Shown in pieces: positions 1 through 31,868 of a stretch of DNA of 64,000 bases. This DNA comes from Macrostomum lignano. Its lineage: Eukaryota. The notes beneath the pieces were generated by a model, which searched no databases, had not been told where the DNA came from, and saw only the letters and a program-made list of their open reading frames with translations. The stretch covers positions 1 to 64,000 of the forward strand of contig NIVC01003269.1 of NCBI GenBank assembly GCA_002269645.1. Direction: 5' to 3'. A program made the translations under genes and the position numbers. Numbering within the stretch: the stretch's first letter is position 1; each line of letters starts with the position of its first letter.

Positions 1-350
1 ATCAGCTCGCCTCTATCAGACCCAGTTGTCACACTTTCGATGGTGGATTCCGCATCGTCGTCAATCTTGCGTGACTTTGGACCCATAGGCAGCCAGACAA
101 GCGCTCATTCGGGCCACACAGTCCATGTCTCGCCGCTTGTATACATCCACTGAGCTCGAATTCTTGTGTCCCGTCATTAGTGTAATCGCTTGATTATCGA
201 AACCGGCCTTGGCCAAACTCTCGGGTGACAAAAGCCAACTCGTCCGTGGAGAGTCCACATATTTCTCCGCCAGGAATGTTTGCGTAGCGAATCATAGCTA
301 CTTTTCCTATTTGCACTCCGAATAGGAGAATTAATTCAAGCTCAAAATCA
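1..350 (-). mobile_element. Degenerate tyrosine-recombinase (Crypton/DUF3504-like) C-terminal fragment, frameshifted relic
   Basis: ORF 61..258(-) contains LAKAGFDNQAITLMTGHKNSSSVDVYKR, matching the YR box-II pattern (AG..I...TGH.S....Y.R). Neighbouring frames upstream give TLHG.R and AFVTR, so the H-x-x-R box needs frameshifts to reconstruct. Confidence 0.6.
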
Positions 351-399
351 ACTTGAGAATTAACTCATGGCAGCCAGGCTAGCTGTCTTCACTGTCCTT

Positions 400-497
400 T
401 AAATTTGCCATAAACGATTAATTATCTCTACAACCCTTTCATTTAGAGAGCAACTAAATTTGCCATAGACGATTGATTATCTCTACAACCCTTTCAA
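400..497. repeat. Two direct copies of a ~43-bp segment (taaatttgccata.acgatt.attatctctacaaccctttca)
   Basis: Copies start at about 400 and 455. Confidence 0.8.
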
Positions 498-591
498 AGC
501 GCATTCCGGCAACAATCGCATTTCATACTCAGCATCCGCACTATGTCTGGGCCATAGACAAGGGAAGTCAAAAGGGTACAATAATGACATG

Positions 592-680
592 TACCGATTT
601 TTTTCGGCAGCAATTGCTCTACTAAGCTTCAGCCGCTACGCGGCTTCAGCTTACGCAATTGCTGCCGAAAAAAATCGGTA
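592..680. other. Near-perfect 89-bp palindrome/hairpin
   Basis: 592-617 (taccgatttttttcggcagcaattgc) is the exact reverse complement of 655-680. An inner stem taagcttcagccgc/gcggcttcagctta closes a 3-nt loop. Confidence 0.9.
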
Positions 681-711
681 TATATCGTTACATTGTGCTG
701 CAATGTTTAAG

Positions 712-1068
712 TTTTATTGCCTACAACCGAAGCTGCGCCGCAATGGGTAAGGAGTTTTATTGCCCACAACCGAAGCTGTGCCGCAATGGGTAAGGAGTTT
801 TATTGCCCACAACCGAAGCTGTGCCGCAATGGGTAAGGAGTTTTATTTCCCACAACCGAAGCTGCGCCGCAATTGGTGAGGAGTTTTATTGCCCACAACC
901 GAAGCTGTGCCGCAATGGGTAAGGAGTTTTATTGCCCACAACCGAAGCTGTGCCGCAATGGGTAAGGAGTTTTATTTCCCACAACCGAAGCTGCGCCGCA
1001 ATTGGTGAGGAGTTTTATTTCCCACAACCGAAGCTGTGCCGCAATGGGTAAGAAGTTTTATTGCCTAC
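712..1068. repeat. 43-bp minisatellite, ~8 copies (NEK intron)
   Basis: Unit cccacaaccgaagctgtgccgcaatgggtaaggagttttattg. Confidence 0.95.
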
Positions 1069-1153
1069 AAACAAAGCTCTCTTACGAGCAAAAAAGGGTT
1101 ATTTGTTAGAGGAGCTCTGTTTTTTTTACTTTCTAAACATATTCGCGCATTAC

Positions 1154-4100
1154 CTTCGCTATTGCGCCCAAATGTTACAACGTGATTTGGCTCAACTAGC
1201 ACAGCCGTGTGCTCGGGTCCCATGCTGATGTAGATCACTTTGTACCGAGCTAAAGCACGCAAAGGCGTCGGTTCTTTGACACCATCGACGTCCAATTTGT
1301 TAAACATGTTCTTCATTGTCATTAGAAAGCCCTGGCGTTGATTCAAGCCCAGTCGATTGTGCCGATTGTTGCCTGTGGCCAGGACAGACCCTGCGTCTGT
1401 CAGAAACATGCTGCCGTCAGTGCCGGCGTACACTGCGCGAATCCGCTGAGGCTCCTGTTGCAGGATTGGTGCAAAGTTCAGCGTCAGAAACTATCTTACT
1501 GACCTAGTATCATGCTGTCCGAGTATTCTAGTGTCCTAGTGACCTAATGCCATACTGTCCGAGTATCTTAGTGACCTAGTGTCATTCTGTCCGAGTATTT
1601 TAGTGACCTACTGGTGCCATACTGTCCGAGAATCTTAGCTTCCTAGTGTCCGTCCGGCTGTTCGCCAGTTACCTGAATCGGCACCGGTGTCGGCGCGCAC
1701 CGGTCAGTTTCGTCACGCAGGCCAGTCCGCCCGTCGGCCCCGCGGCCCCAGGCGAAGACGCGACCCTCCTTGCTAGCGGCGACGACGTGCTGCGGTCCGC
1801 AGGCGATGGCGGCCACATCGACAGACAGCAGAGATTCGATGAGCTTCGGCCGGGCCACGGAGACCCAGTCGCCGTGGCCAAGACAGCCGTGGCTGCCGCT
1901 TCCGCAGGTCATAACTATGCCATTGTCCGAGGTGAACACGCTGAACGCCAAGCCGCAGGTTGCCCGGCTGATGCCTTTGCCGCGTAGAGCGTCAACCAGG
2001 GTCGGCTTGCTCCGGGCGATGAGGTCCTCGTGGCCTAACTGGCCGCTGGCGTTCTCGCCCCAGGAGTAAACGGAGCGCTCCGAGCCCACTGCGATGGCGT
2101 GGGTGTCGCTGCAGCAGACGGAACGGATGCGCAGCTTTGATGGCAGATTGTAGGGCGTCAGCGACAGGTTGGCCAGGTTCATGGCGTACAGGACTGAGCG
2201 CTTGTCCGGCCGGGAGCCTGGGATGAGTTTGCGGGATGTGGGGATCGCGTTTGATTCTTTGATGTGGGATTCAGGAGTTCTCCGTAGTAATCAAGGTGAT
2301 TCTCTATGGGAATCAAGGTGATTCTCTATGGGAATCAAGGTGATTCTCTATGCTAATCAGGGAGATTCTCTATGGGAATCAGGGGGATTCTCTATGGGAA
2401 TCAGGGGGATTCTCTATGGGAATAAGGGGTTCTCTATGGGAATCAGGGGGATTCTCTATGGGAATAAGGGGTTCTCTATGGGAATCAGGGGGATTCTCTA
2501 TGGGAATCAGGGAGATTCTCTATGGGAATCAGGGGGATTCTCTATGGGAATCAGGGGGATTCTCTATGGGAATCAGGGAGATTCTCTATGGGAATCAGGG
2601 AGATTCTCTATGGGAATCAGGGAGATTCTCTATGGGAATCAGGGGGATTCTCTATGGGAATCAGGGGGATTCTCTATGGGAATCAGGGGGATTCTCTATG
2701 GGAATCAGGGGATTCTCTATGGGAATCAGGGAGATTCTCTATGGGAATCAGGGAGATTCTCTATGGGAATCAGGGAGATTCTCTATGGGAATCAGGGAGA
2801 TTCTCTATGGGAATCAGGGAGATTCTCTATGGGAATCAGTGGGATTCTCTATGGGAATCAGGGGGATTCTCTATGGGAATCAGGGGATTCTCTATGGGAA
2901 TCAGGGAGATTGTCTATGGGAATCAGGGAGATTGTCTATGGGAATCAGGGAGATTGTCTATGGGAATCAGGGAGATTCTCTATGGGAATCAGGGAGATTC
3001 TCTAAGGGAATCAGGGGATTCTCTATGGGAATCAGGGGATTCTCTATGGAAATCAGGGGGATTGTCTATGGGAATCATGCTAATAAGGGAGATTCTCCAT
3101 GGGAATCAGGGGGATTCTCTATGGGAATCAGGGGATTCTCTATGCGAATCAGGGGATGCCCTATGGAAATCAGGGGATTCTCTATGGGAATCAGGGGATT
3201 CTCTATGGGAATCAGGGGATGCCCTATGGAAATCAGGGGATTCTCTATGGGAATCAGGGGATTCTCTATGGGAATCAGGGGATGCCCTATGGAAATCAGG
3301 GGATTCTCTATGGGAATCAGGGGAGTCTCTATGGGAATCAGGGGATTCTCTATGGGAATCAGGGGATTCTCTATGGGAATCAGGGGATTCTCTATGCGAA
3401 TCAGGGGATGCCCTATGGGAATCAGGGATTTTCTATGGGAATCGGGGACTCTCAAGGGATGACGGGATTAAATGGGAATCTCTATTAGAAGATTCCAATG
3501 CAACTTGATTCAAGAGTCTCCCTACCACTCCCGGATCCCATCTGACCGCCGCTGCCGCCGCCTCCGCCGCCGCCACGAGCCGAGGCGGTGCCGTCTTCGT
3601 CAGCGTCAGTGGACGAATCCGCCTCATTAACCCTTCGAATCAGCGGCGGCAGCAGCTTGTACAGCAAGTCCGCCGCTGTAGGCCGCTTCTCAGGCTCTTT
3701 ATTGAGCAGCATCTTGGCCACCAGCTCCTTGAACTCCTGGCTGTAGTTGCCTTTGACTGGCGCGAACTGGCCTTTCATGATCTTGTTAACCAGAGCTGGC
3801 AGATTCGAGCCTTCGAATGTCTTCTGCTGGCAGGCGATTTCGTACAGCACGCAGCCGAGCGCCCAGATGTCGCTTTTCTCGTTGTACTCTTTGCCTTCGC
3901 ACATCTCCGGCGACAGATAGTAGGGAGTGCCAAGCACGGTGGATGCCGCGTGCCTGCTGGTTGACATCATCTTGGCGATGCCGAAGTCGCCCACCTGTTC
4001 AGTGCCGTTCAGTTCTGTTTGGTGCTGTTTAAGCAGTTTTAATCTGGCTGGCTGGCTGCTTGGGTCGGGTGGGAGCTGGGAGGAGGGGTGGTCCAGCAAC

Positions 4101-6410
4101 TGAGGATCTTGGAGGCTGGCCCAGCAACTGAGGATCTGGGAGGCTGGCCCAGCAACTGAGGATCTGGGAGGCTGGCCTAGCAACTGACACTCTGGGAGGC
4201 TGGCCTAGCAACTGACACTCTGGGAGGCTGGCCCAGCAACTGAGGATCTGGGAGGCTGGCCTAGCAACTGACACTCTGGGAGGCTGGCCCAGCAACTGAG
4301 GATCTGGGAGGCTGGCCCAGCAACTGAGGATCTGGGAGGCTGGCCCAGCAACTGAGGATCTGGGAGGCTGGCCCAGCAACTGAGGATCTGGGAGGCTGGC
4401 CCAGCAACTGAGGATCTGGGAGGCTGGCCCAGCAACTGAGGATCTGGGAGGCTGGCCCAGCAACTGAGGATCTGGGAGGCTGGCCCAGCAACTGACGATC
4501 TGGGAGGCTGGCCCAGCAACTGAGGATCTGGGAGGCTGGCCCAGCAACTGACACTCTGGGAGGCTGGTCCAGCAACTGAGGATCTAGATTGATCTTGCCA
4601 GAAAATGATATCTAATAATTAATAAAAGGCCACAGGCACCCACCTTAACAATATTGTCTTTAGTAAGAAAAATATTAGCCGTCTTGAGGTCACGATGCAG
4701 AATCTTGTGAGAGTGAAAATGGTGAATCGCGGAAACAATCTGCTGAAAATAGTACAGAGCGTCCTTTTCGCTTAGCGGCTCGCGACAGTCGGACAGGTAC
4801 TGGGCGAGGGTGCCGCCGTCCGCATATTCCATCTCGATCAGCAGCACGCCGTCCTCTTCGAAGCTGTCAAAATAGCCGATGATGTTCGGGTGGTCCAGCA
4901 TTGACAGCACCTGAGGAGGCGGTTAAAAATGCTTATTGTGCCAGCAGTGCTGTGAGCTTAAATAATGGACGGCATTGGGCGATTGACAGCTTCGATTTCC
5001 ATTCCAAGACAATAAAAACGAATCTACAGCAGGTCCAGACCAAGTGCCAACCCCCTACATTAGTAGTTCCAGGCAAAGCACGAACACCCCATTCCTCACC
5101 AATGTACAGTAGTTCTAGGCAAAGCGCCAACACACCCATTCCTCACCAATGTACAGCAGTTCCAGGCAAAGCGCCAGCACACCCATTCCTCACCAATGTA
5201 CAGCAGTTCCAGGCAAAGCGCCAGCACACCCATTCCTCACCAATGTACAGTAGTTCTAGGCAAAACGCCAACACACCCATTCCTCACTAATGTACAGCAG
5301 TTCCAGGCAAAGCGCCAACACGCCCATTCCCCACCAATGTACAGCAGTTCCAGGCAAAGCGCCAGCACACCCATTCCTCACCAGGAAATGTACAATACAG
5401 CATAGCTTAGCTTACCTTGATCTCGTTAAGACAGAGCAGTCTCTCCTGCGCCGTTAAGTCATGCATATTGATCTCCTTTAGAATAACCAGCGAATCGTCG
5501 TCCTTTTTCCTATAAAGCACCGCCGTGCCGTAGGCGCCTTTGCCGACTATGCGAATTTTTTCGAAGCCGGCCAAACTCTGCCCGCTGCTGGCTGTGAGGG
5601 TGCGCAGCTTGTCCGGCTTGTAATAGACGTCGCCAACTCGGTAGTTGCGACCGCGTTCGTCAATGTTACGCTGAATGATTACGTCCAGGCCCAGAGCTCG
5701 CGCGACAGTGACACCTCAATATCGGAGCCCAGGAGGGAGCGGAGCTCCTGCAGCAGCGCCTAATGAGAAAGCGGATGGGGAGTCGGAGTGGTGAGCCGGA
5801 TGATAGATGGAGTTACTAAGCTAACCTAAGCTAAGCATGCCATAGACGAAATTTTATGTCGACATTTTTCGGGCTGTGTGAGAGATTTTACGATTTAAAT
5901 CTTTATTTTTCTACTTTTCTCAGTAGTCTAAATTGAATCTCTCACACGCGTTGTAAGTTTAGAGCATATGAAAGTTCGATTCGAGAAAGACGATTTCAAC
6001 CTGTCAGCTGTTTATCCTCTCACCTGAGCCTCCTGGGTGCCCGCATTGCTGCAGGCCAGAAAGTCCACCCTCTTGCTGCCGAGCTCCTGGGTGAGAAAGG
6101 CCGACGAAACGTATAGGAAAAAGTTGCGCAACTCGAAACAAGTTTTCACGCTCTCCAAGTTGAACAGGCAGAGCCGCTGGTCCTCCTCGAGGCAGATCTG
6201 CACCGAGTTCAATGTACTGTTGAATATGAAAGCGATATTGTTAGCTTTGCGGCCTTTCAGCGCAGCTGAAATCGCATTTGTGAGGCCCTGAAGGCCGCGG
6301 TCGTGCGGCGCCACAACAATCTGCGTATTGTTGAGTACAGCGTGCTCAACCGAGGATATAGCGCGGAATTTCTCAGTGATGACAATCACCGAGCGAAGCG
6401 GCGTGTCCAT
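1154..6410 (-). CDS. Nek8: NEK8/NEK9-family (niki-like) Ser/Thr kinase with N-terminal DUF4347-like domain and C-terminal RCC1 repeats; 3' end lies beyond position 1
   Basis: Phase-consistent exons: 6410-6024, 5759-5416, 4910-4644, 3994-3526, 2217-1673, 1490-1154. Kinase motifs GKGAYG, ILKE, HRDLKTAN, DFG and GTPYYLSPE are present. RCC1 motifs WGENASGQLGH, WGRGADGRTG and GNNRHNRLGL are present. One apparent 1-bp frameshift near 5693. NEK8 versus NEK9 assignment is not certain. Confidence 0.88.
1500..1640. repeat. ~32-bp degenerate minisatellite (NEK intron)
   Basis: Unit like gacctagtgtcattctgtccgagtatt..agt, ~4 copies. Confidence 0.8.
2290..3480. repeat. 21-22-bp minisatellite, ~55 copies (NEK intron)
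   Basis: Unit gggaatcagggagattctctat; source of the spurious SMGIRG/LWESG ORFs. Confidence 0.97.
4090..4585. repeat. 28-bp minisatellite, ~17 copies (NEK intron)
   Basis: Unit ggcccagcaactgaggatctgggaggct. Confidence 0.97.
5065..5385. repeat. 47-bp minisatellite, ~7 copies (NEK intron)
   Basis: Unit ttccaggcaaagcgccagcacacccattcctcaccaatgtacagcag. Confidence 0.95.
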
Positions 6411-6633
6411 GCTTGACGGAGCTTCTGTTGGAGGACACGGGCTGGTCACGTGCCAGCGCAATTAACTTGTGCGCACTGCTGGCTGAGGAACTACAATTTT
6501 TCAAGTTCGATAAACTTATAAGCTGGTTATTAAAATGTACTATCTGCTTAGTACATAGGGTACATACGGTTAGTAATTCAGCCATATATATTTAGCTAAC
6601 TGCTCTGACAATAGCTGTCCACTACACTAAATA

Positions 6634-6646
6634 GTTGCCTAAAGAC
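6634..6646. promoter_or_regulatory. Candidate RFX X-box upstream of the NEK gene
   Basis: gttgcctaaagac (reverse complement gtctttaggcaac) fits GTYNYY-N-RGYAAC and lies ~225 bp upstream of the ATG at 6410. Confidence 0.4.
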
Positions 6647-6649
6647 TAC

Positions 6650-6772
6650 AAAAAATTAACTTGTCAGACAAGAGAGCGATCGAATGCCTCAAAAACCGTA
6701 AAGGCAAAAAATTAACTTGTCAGACAATAGAGCGATCGAATGCTTCAAAAACCGTAAAGGCAAAAAATTAAA
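6650..6772. repeat. 56-bp tandem duplication
   Basis: aaaaaattaacttgtcagacaa.agagcgatcgaatgc.tcaaaaaccgtaaaggc, two copies plus a partial. Confidence 0.9.
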
Positions 6773-9700
6773 TTAAATTATTTCTGGACTTTTTTCACTA
6801 TGCTTTTTAAGGTTCGAAATTTCAGTCAACTATTAAAAGTACCTAAATTGTTCTTCGAATACGAATTAGAAATTTCATTATATCATTTTAAAGAATGTTG
6901 AAATGTGTTAGATATTTAGATTTCTAGACAATTCAAGGTTATATCAATGGAAGTATGCTAGTGTTCAGTATTATTCAGTAATATCAATATCCTTACATTA
7001 CACAAAATTTTCTTACAATGTTTTTGAATACTTTCATTTACATAGCCAGTAGAAGGTCTAGCTTACAAGCAAATAGATACCATGGATTAGATGATAAACT
7101 AAATTAGCGCACAATCCTGGAGAAAGCGAATTAAGCTTGCAAGAAATTCACTCTATAATAATAAAACTAATCAAAATAGTCTGTTCACTCAACCTACTCA
7201 TGTAAGAACAAAACTGCAGACAAAGCTCAAAACTATATTTTTATCCAATTGCTTTGTAACATTTTGTATGCTTTATAATAGTTCTTTATTTTACACTTAT
7301 AGTTCTTGGCATAAAAATACGTGTTAGATGCTTTTAACTATATTTATGTTAAATATATTGTATGGTATGGTATGGTAATATTGACTGCCGATGATAGAAG
7401 TCAAAATTTGCGATTGAAAATGTTGGCTTCTGTTAGAATTAAAACTTCAGAGAAATTTATTTACAATAGACTTAAGCGTTACAACAAAAAACAATTAGTA
7501 AATAATTTTTAACCAAAAGACACTTACAGAATCGTATTAGTCATGAAATATATTAGATATTGGACAAGTTCTTACCGTTATTTTTTTAATTAGTGGCATG
7601 AGTCAGTTAAAAATTTGAGCAGATCAATTTCCTATTTTATTTTCGTGGCCCGCGAGCTTGGTCAACTTTTTGCAAAAGGGCGTTAGCTTTAAAAATTTGT
7701 AAAAAATAAATAATTTGTATTTATAGTTTATATTTTTATGGTATGATTTCTCAAAGACAATTCGTTTTTTATTTTGCCTCTGGGGTCTTTTTTCCTAGTT
7801 TTTGTACTACTAATTCTAAGTTAGAAATTGAATCAATCATATAGTTATTATTGTATCTAATGCTCATTTCTACATACCAATTAATGCTATATTATACGAA
7901 TTGGGTATAATCTGTTCTAGAATTGAATGATATAAGTTCCGATACATTTTGATGGTGAATAAATCATTTTAAGTTTGTTTAGGTTTATATATGCTGAAGC
8001 ATTAATTAATTTTTTGTGTAATCATCAGTAATTATCTATATGAAATATTTAAAGTTACTCAATATAATCTTAGTTAGTGCTGAAATTTCTGGTTAGTTAT
8101 AGAATACCATAGAATTTCCTGTGTATATTTTTAGCTTTTTTCTTCAATTTTAATTGTTTTTAGGCTATGCGCAAGAAATTCAATTTATTCTAGTCTCTGG
8201 TAATTCAGAAAATATTGATTCAAAAGATAGTAATTGGCAAGTAACTATAATATCTAAGCAATATAATACTAAAATATTGAAACACACTTGATAAATCCAC
8301 AATTTAAAGTTACAATCTATTTTAAATATTATATAATGACTTGAATGTATTTTTATATTAAATTATTAAAAGCCAATACACCCTTTTACAATTTGTTTTT
8401 GATTGCAGCCTAAAGCTACTGATATTAGTTGCTGCATTGTGGCTTTAATTTTTTATGAGCACTGCTAGTAATTATTTGTTTTTTTGAGAAAGGGTTAAAA
8501 ATAAAAGGCAAATTATTAAAATCTTAAAATATTCTAAAGTAAGTTAGCATTTCTTAAAATGCAGCTCTCTTTTTCGATATTGAGCTTGGATCTTTAGTAC
8601 ATTAAGCCTACTTCTGATACAGTGCCAAAGCAGTGCCAAGCACTGCAAGCAGTTTTTTTGGTAAATATATTTGTAAAAAAACTCAATGTAAAAAATATTA
8701 CAATTTCAGACATCACTATAACTCAATCATGTATGAAGGAAGTCACTCGAGGTAGGTGTTTTTATTTCAGTAAGAATTTTTGTTTCTTTAGTCTTTAATT
8801 ATCAAGTCAGAGAAGAAATTTATTGTTATATACAAGTCAGCCACATTGACTTTAAATCCTTGTTTCGATGTGGCTAGCATAAATAAGCATTTAATTAGCA
8901 TTGAAAGAATCTTAATTACGAACATGTTAACTCCTGTGTATTTCAATGGGAAGCAAGCGAGCATATGATCTACTTGAATTGCTGTGGTTGGTTTTAACGG
9001 CTGCCCTAACGGCTGGAGTTTGTCAGGTGCAACTGCTTACTTCATTATCTGGCTGTGTAGTTGCAGCCCTGTTGTCACTGTGACAGCCAGCTAGCTCTCT
9101 GCATTGTTTACAGTGGTCAGCTGAATAGAGGGCATGAATAATTAATTCAACCACACATTTGATCGGTATGTAGAAGTCGGCGCTCTGCTTAGTACTTGAT
9201 ATTTCCCCTTGTCTCGTGCTCACCGCTTTATCAAGCTCAGAAGACTGTACTAGCGCTGAATTCCTATGATGGATTTCTAACCTTAACCTGTCTAATTCCA
9301 GATTGTTATAAGAAACGATTGTATAATTGAGTATTAGTACAATTCTACCATTTTCCGCAAAGCGCAGATCTGCTAGGGCAAGAGGTCACGTGATATTTTT
9401 CGGTTGCGCAGCGATTTCTATTCGAATCTTTTGTGTTAGTTAGATTGGCTGGGATGGGCCAAGAATCAATGCGAAAAGGTCTTTTATTTCGATATCAAAT
9501 TTGCGTAGAATATGCATGTATAGTAGCTACGCGTATATAAATACGAGTTAGTACAATTATTACTGCGAAGCAATATTTTAGGCGTGGTCAATGAGACATG
9601 AATGTATCTCAGCTTAATACCGATATTTAGGGACATTATCTTATTGATGTATGCTCAGTCATACTGCCAACTACAAACTTTAGCTATCATCATCGAGATG

Positions 9701-9919
9701 GTAACGGTATAATGACGGGTCACTCGCGTGAGCAACTCGACGGCCTGCGTTACACCTCTACTGAGCAACGCAAGACTGTTCATCAGGTTTGTGCATTTTT
9801 TAATTACTATGCTCCTGACTCCTTACAATTAAGAAAACTTTATAAGTACGTTTCTTTCAAAACACGCCCGTGGTTTATTTCTATGTGGGAGTCACTTTGA
9901 GCTTCTATTTAGGGACGAC

Positions 9920-10235
9920 TGGGATGAGATTTAGTGTACATTCCTTTCCCACACCGCGAGTGAACTATGATCATTTTATGGGGTTTTCTGGGCGACGACT
10001 TTTTAGCCACTGTTAAGGGAAGAGATTTAATGTACATTCCTCTCTCACACCGCGAGTGAACTATGATCATTTTATGGGGTTTTCTGGGCGACGACTTTTT
10101 AGCCACTGTTAAGGGAAGAGATTTAATGTACATTCCTCTCTCACACCGCGAGTGAACTATGATCATTTTATGGGGTTTTCTGGGCGACGACTTTTTAGCC
10201 ACTGTTGAGGGAAGAGATTTAATGTACATTCCTAT
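9920..10235. repeat. 96-bp tandem repeat, ~3.3 copies
   Basis: tgtacattc recurs at 9935, 10031, 10127 and 10223. Confidence 0.95.
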
Positions 10236-10265
10236 TCTAACCTGAGATAATTGAGGAGAAAATAA

Positions 10266-30478
<20,213 letters not shown>

Positions 30479-30919
30479 GATGTCGCCTTGAAACTGCAAC
30501 ATATTCCGATTATTTTTCTCCTACTTTTTTTTAGCGTGCAAACAAGTGACGGAAATCCAGTCCACTAAATTATACTTTATGTCGCGTTTTGTTGTATAAA
30601 TATTATTGTTTTGCAATATTTTAGTTGGCGCTGGAAAATCTGTTTAATAAGTTTATCGCCACTCTTTTCCTGTTAAGATTTTATTCTATTCATTTTTACG
30701 CAATTCGCTGTGTGTAATATGCAATATTATTAAAAGTCGCATACGATCAACAAATTTTTACGCAAGTATTGCCATTTTACATAATGTTTTGCAAACATGT
30801 GATGATTCAACTGATTGTGCAACTACGACGTAGAAAGGACTAAGTGATATTGTCTTTTTCATTTTTTAATTACATTGAAAGTCACCGTAGTGCAGTCTTC
30901 AGTCTTGACTTATTGTACA

Positions 30920-31285
30920 CCTGCTCTCCCTTATCAACTCTGCCCCAATGTGCACCCGCTCGCCGCTCCCTTATCAACTCTGCCCCAATGTGCACCCGCT
31001 CGCCGCTCCCTTATCAACTCTACCCCAATGTACACCCGCTCGCCGCTCCCTTATCAACTCTACCCCAATGTACACCCGCTCGCCGCTCCCTTATCAAGTC
31101 TACCCCAATGTACACCCGCTCGCCGCTTCCTTATCAACTCTACCCCAATGTACACCCGCTCGCCGCTCCCTTATCAAGTCTACCCCAATGTACACCCGCT
31201 CGCCGCTTCCTTATCAACTCTACCCCAATGTACACCCGCTCGCCGCTCCCTTATCAACTCTGCCTTAATGTACTCCCGCTCTCTT
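30920..31285. repeat. 40-bp minisatellite, ~9 copies
   Basis: Unit ctcccttatcaactctaccccaatgtacacccgctcgccg. Confidence 0.95.
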
Positions 31286-31868
31286 AATAAGCCCTTCCTC
31301 CTATATCGTTAAATTGTACAAGTTTTTCGACCATTTTATCTTTTTTGCTTTATACTTTTATCCTATCATTTTCCTTGCAATACGAAACAGCGCTCTCTCG
31401 TCTGCACTGTGCAATTCAACAAAGTTTTTAACTACAGAGTCTATTTACATACAGACAGAAAACTTTGTGATGATTCCATCTAAATCGGTATGGTCCTAAT
31501 TGATATTTTATTTATTTGGCTGCATTGTGCCTTTTTAATGTTTTTAAACATCTGAACTTATTGTGAGAATATTTATTGTTTACCTAGCCGGCTTTTTGCT
31601 TTCTTTTACTTTTGTCAATACCCAACATTCCTTGTTTTATCAGCTGTTGTTATTTGATATTTGTGTGATATGGCTTAAGCTTAACGATTTATTAAATCTT
31701 TAGTCTTAGATGTGAAATCATTTTTAGTACACTGAATTTAGATGTGACAGTGTGCAAAATACTATTTGCTATTAAAACATTCCGTTTTTTATGCTTACAT
31801 TGTTTGAAAAACTTGTAAAAATAGCAAGTGCAATGACGCTGTTTTTTATATTGCAATATTGCATCGGT

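Noticed and set aside
1646-2069. Plus-strand ORFs overlapping the NEK exon (and similar shadow ORFs over the catenin, Rho and Prop1 exons)
   Set aside because: Antisense or alternate-frame shadows of GC-rich coding exons.
2328-4575. SMGIRG/LWESG and LGQPPRSS repeat ORFs
   Set aside because: Intronic minisatellite translations, open in several frames and on both strands.
7300-9000. AT-rich stretch with several splice-like AG/GT pairs (about 8206-8241, 8409-8468, 8566-8661, 8709-8752)
   Set aside because: No consistent open frame or recognisable protein by eye; could be a decayed intron-containing transposon, but this is unsupported without blastx.
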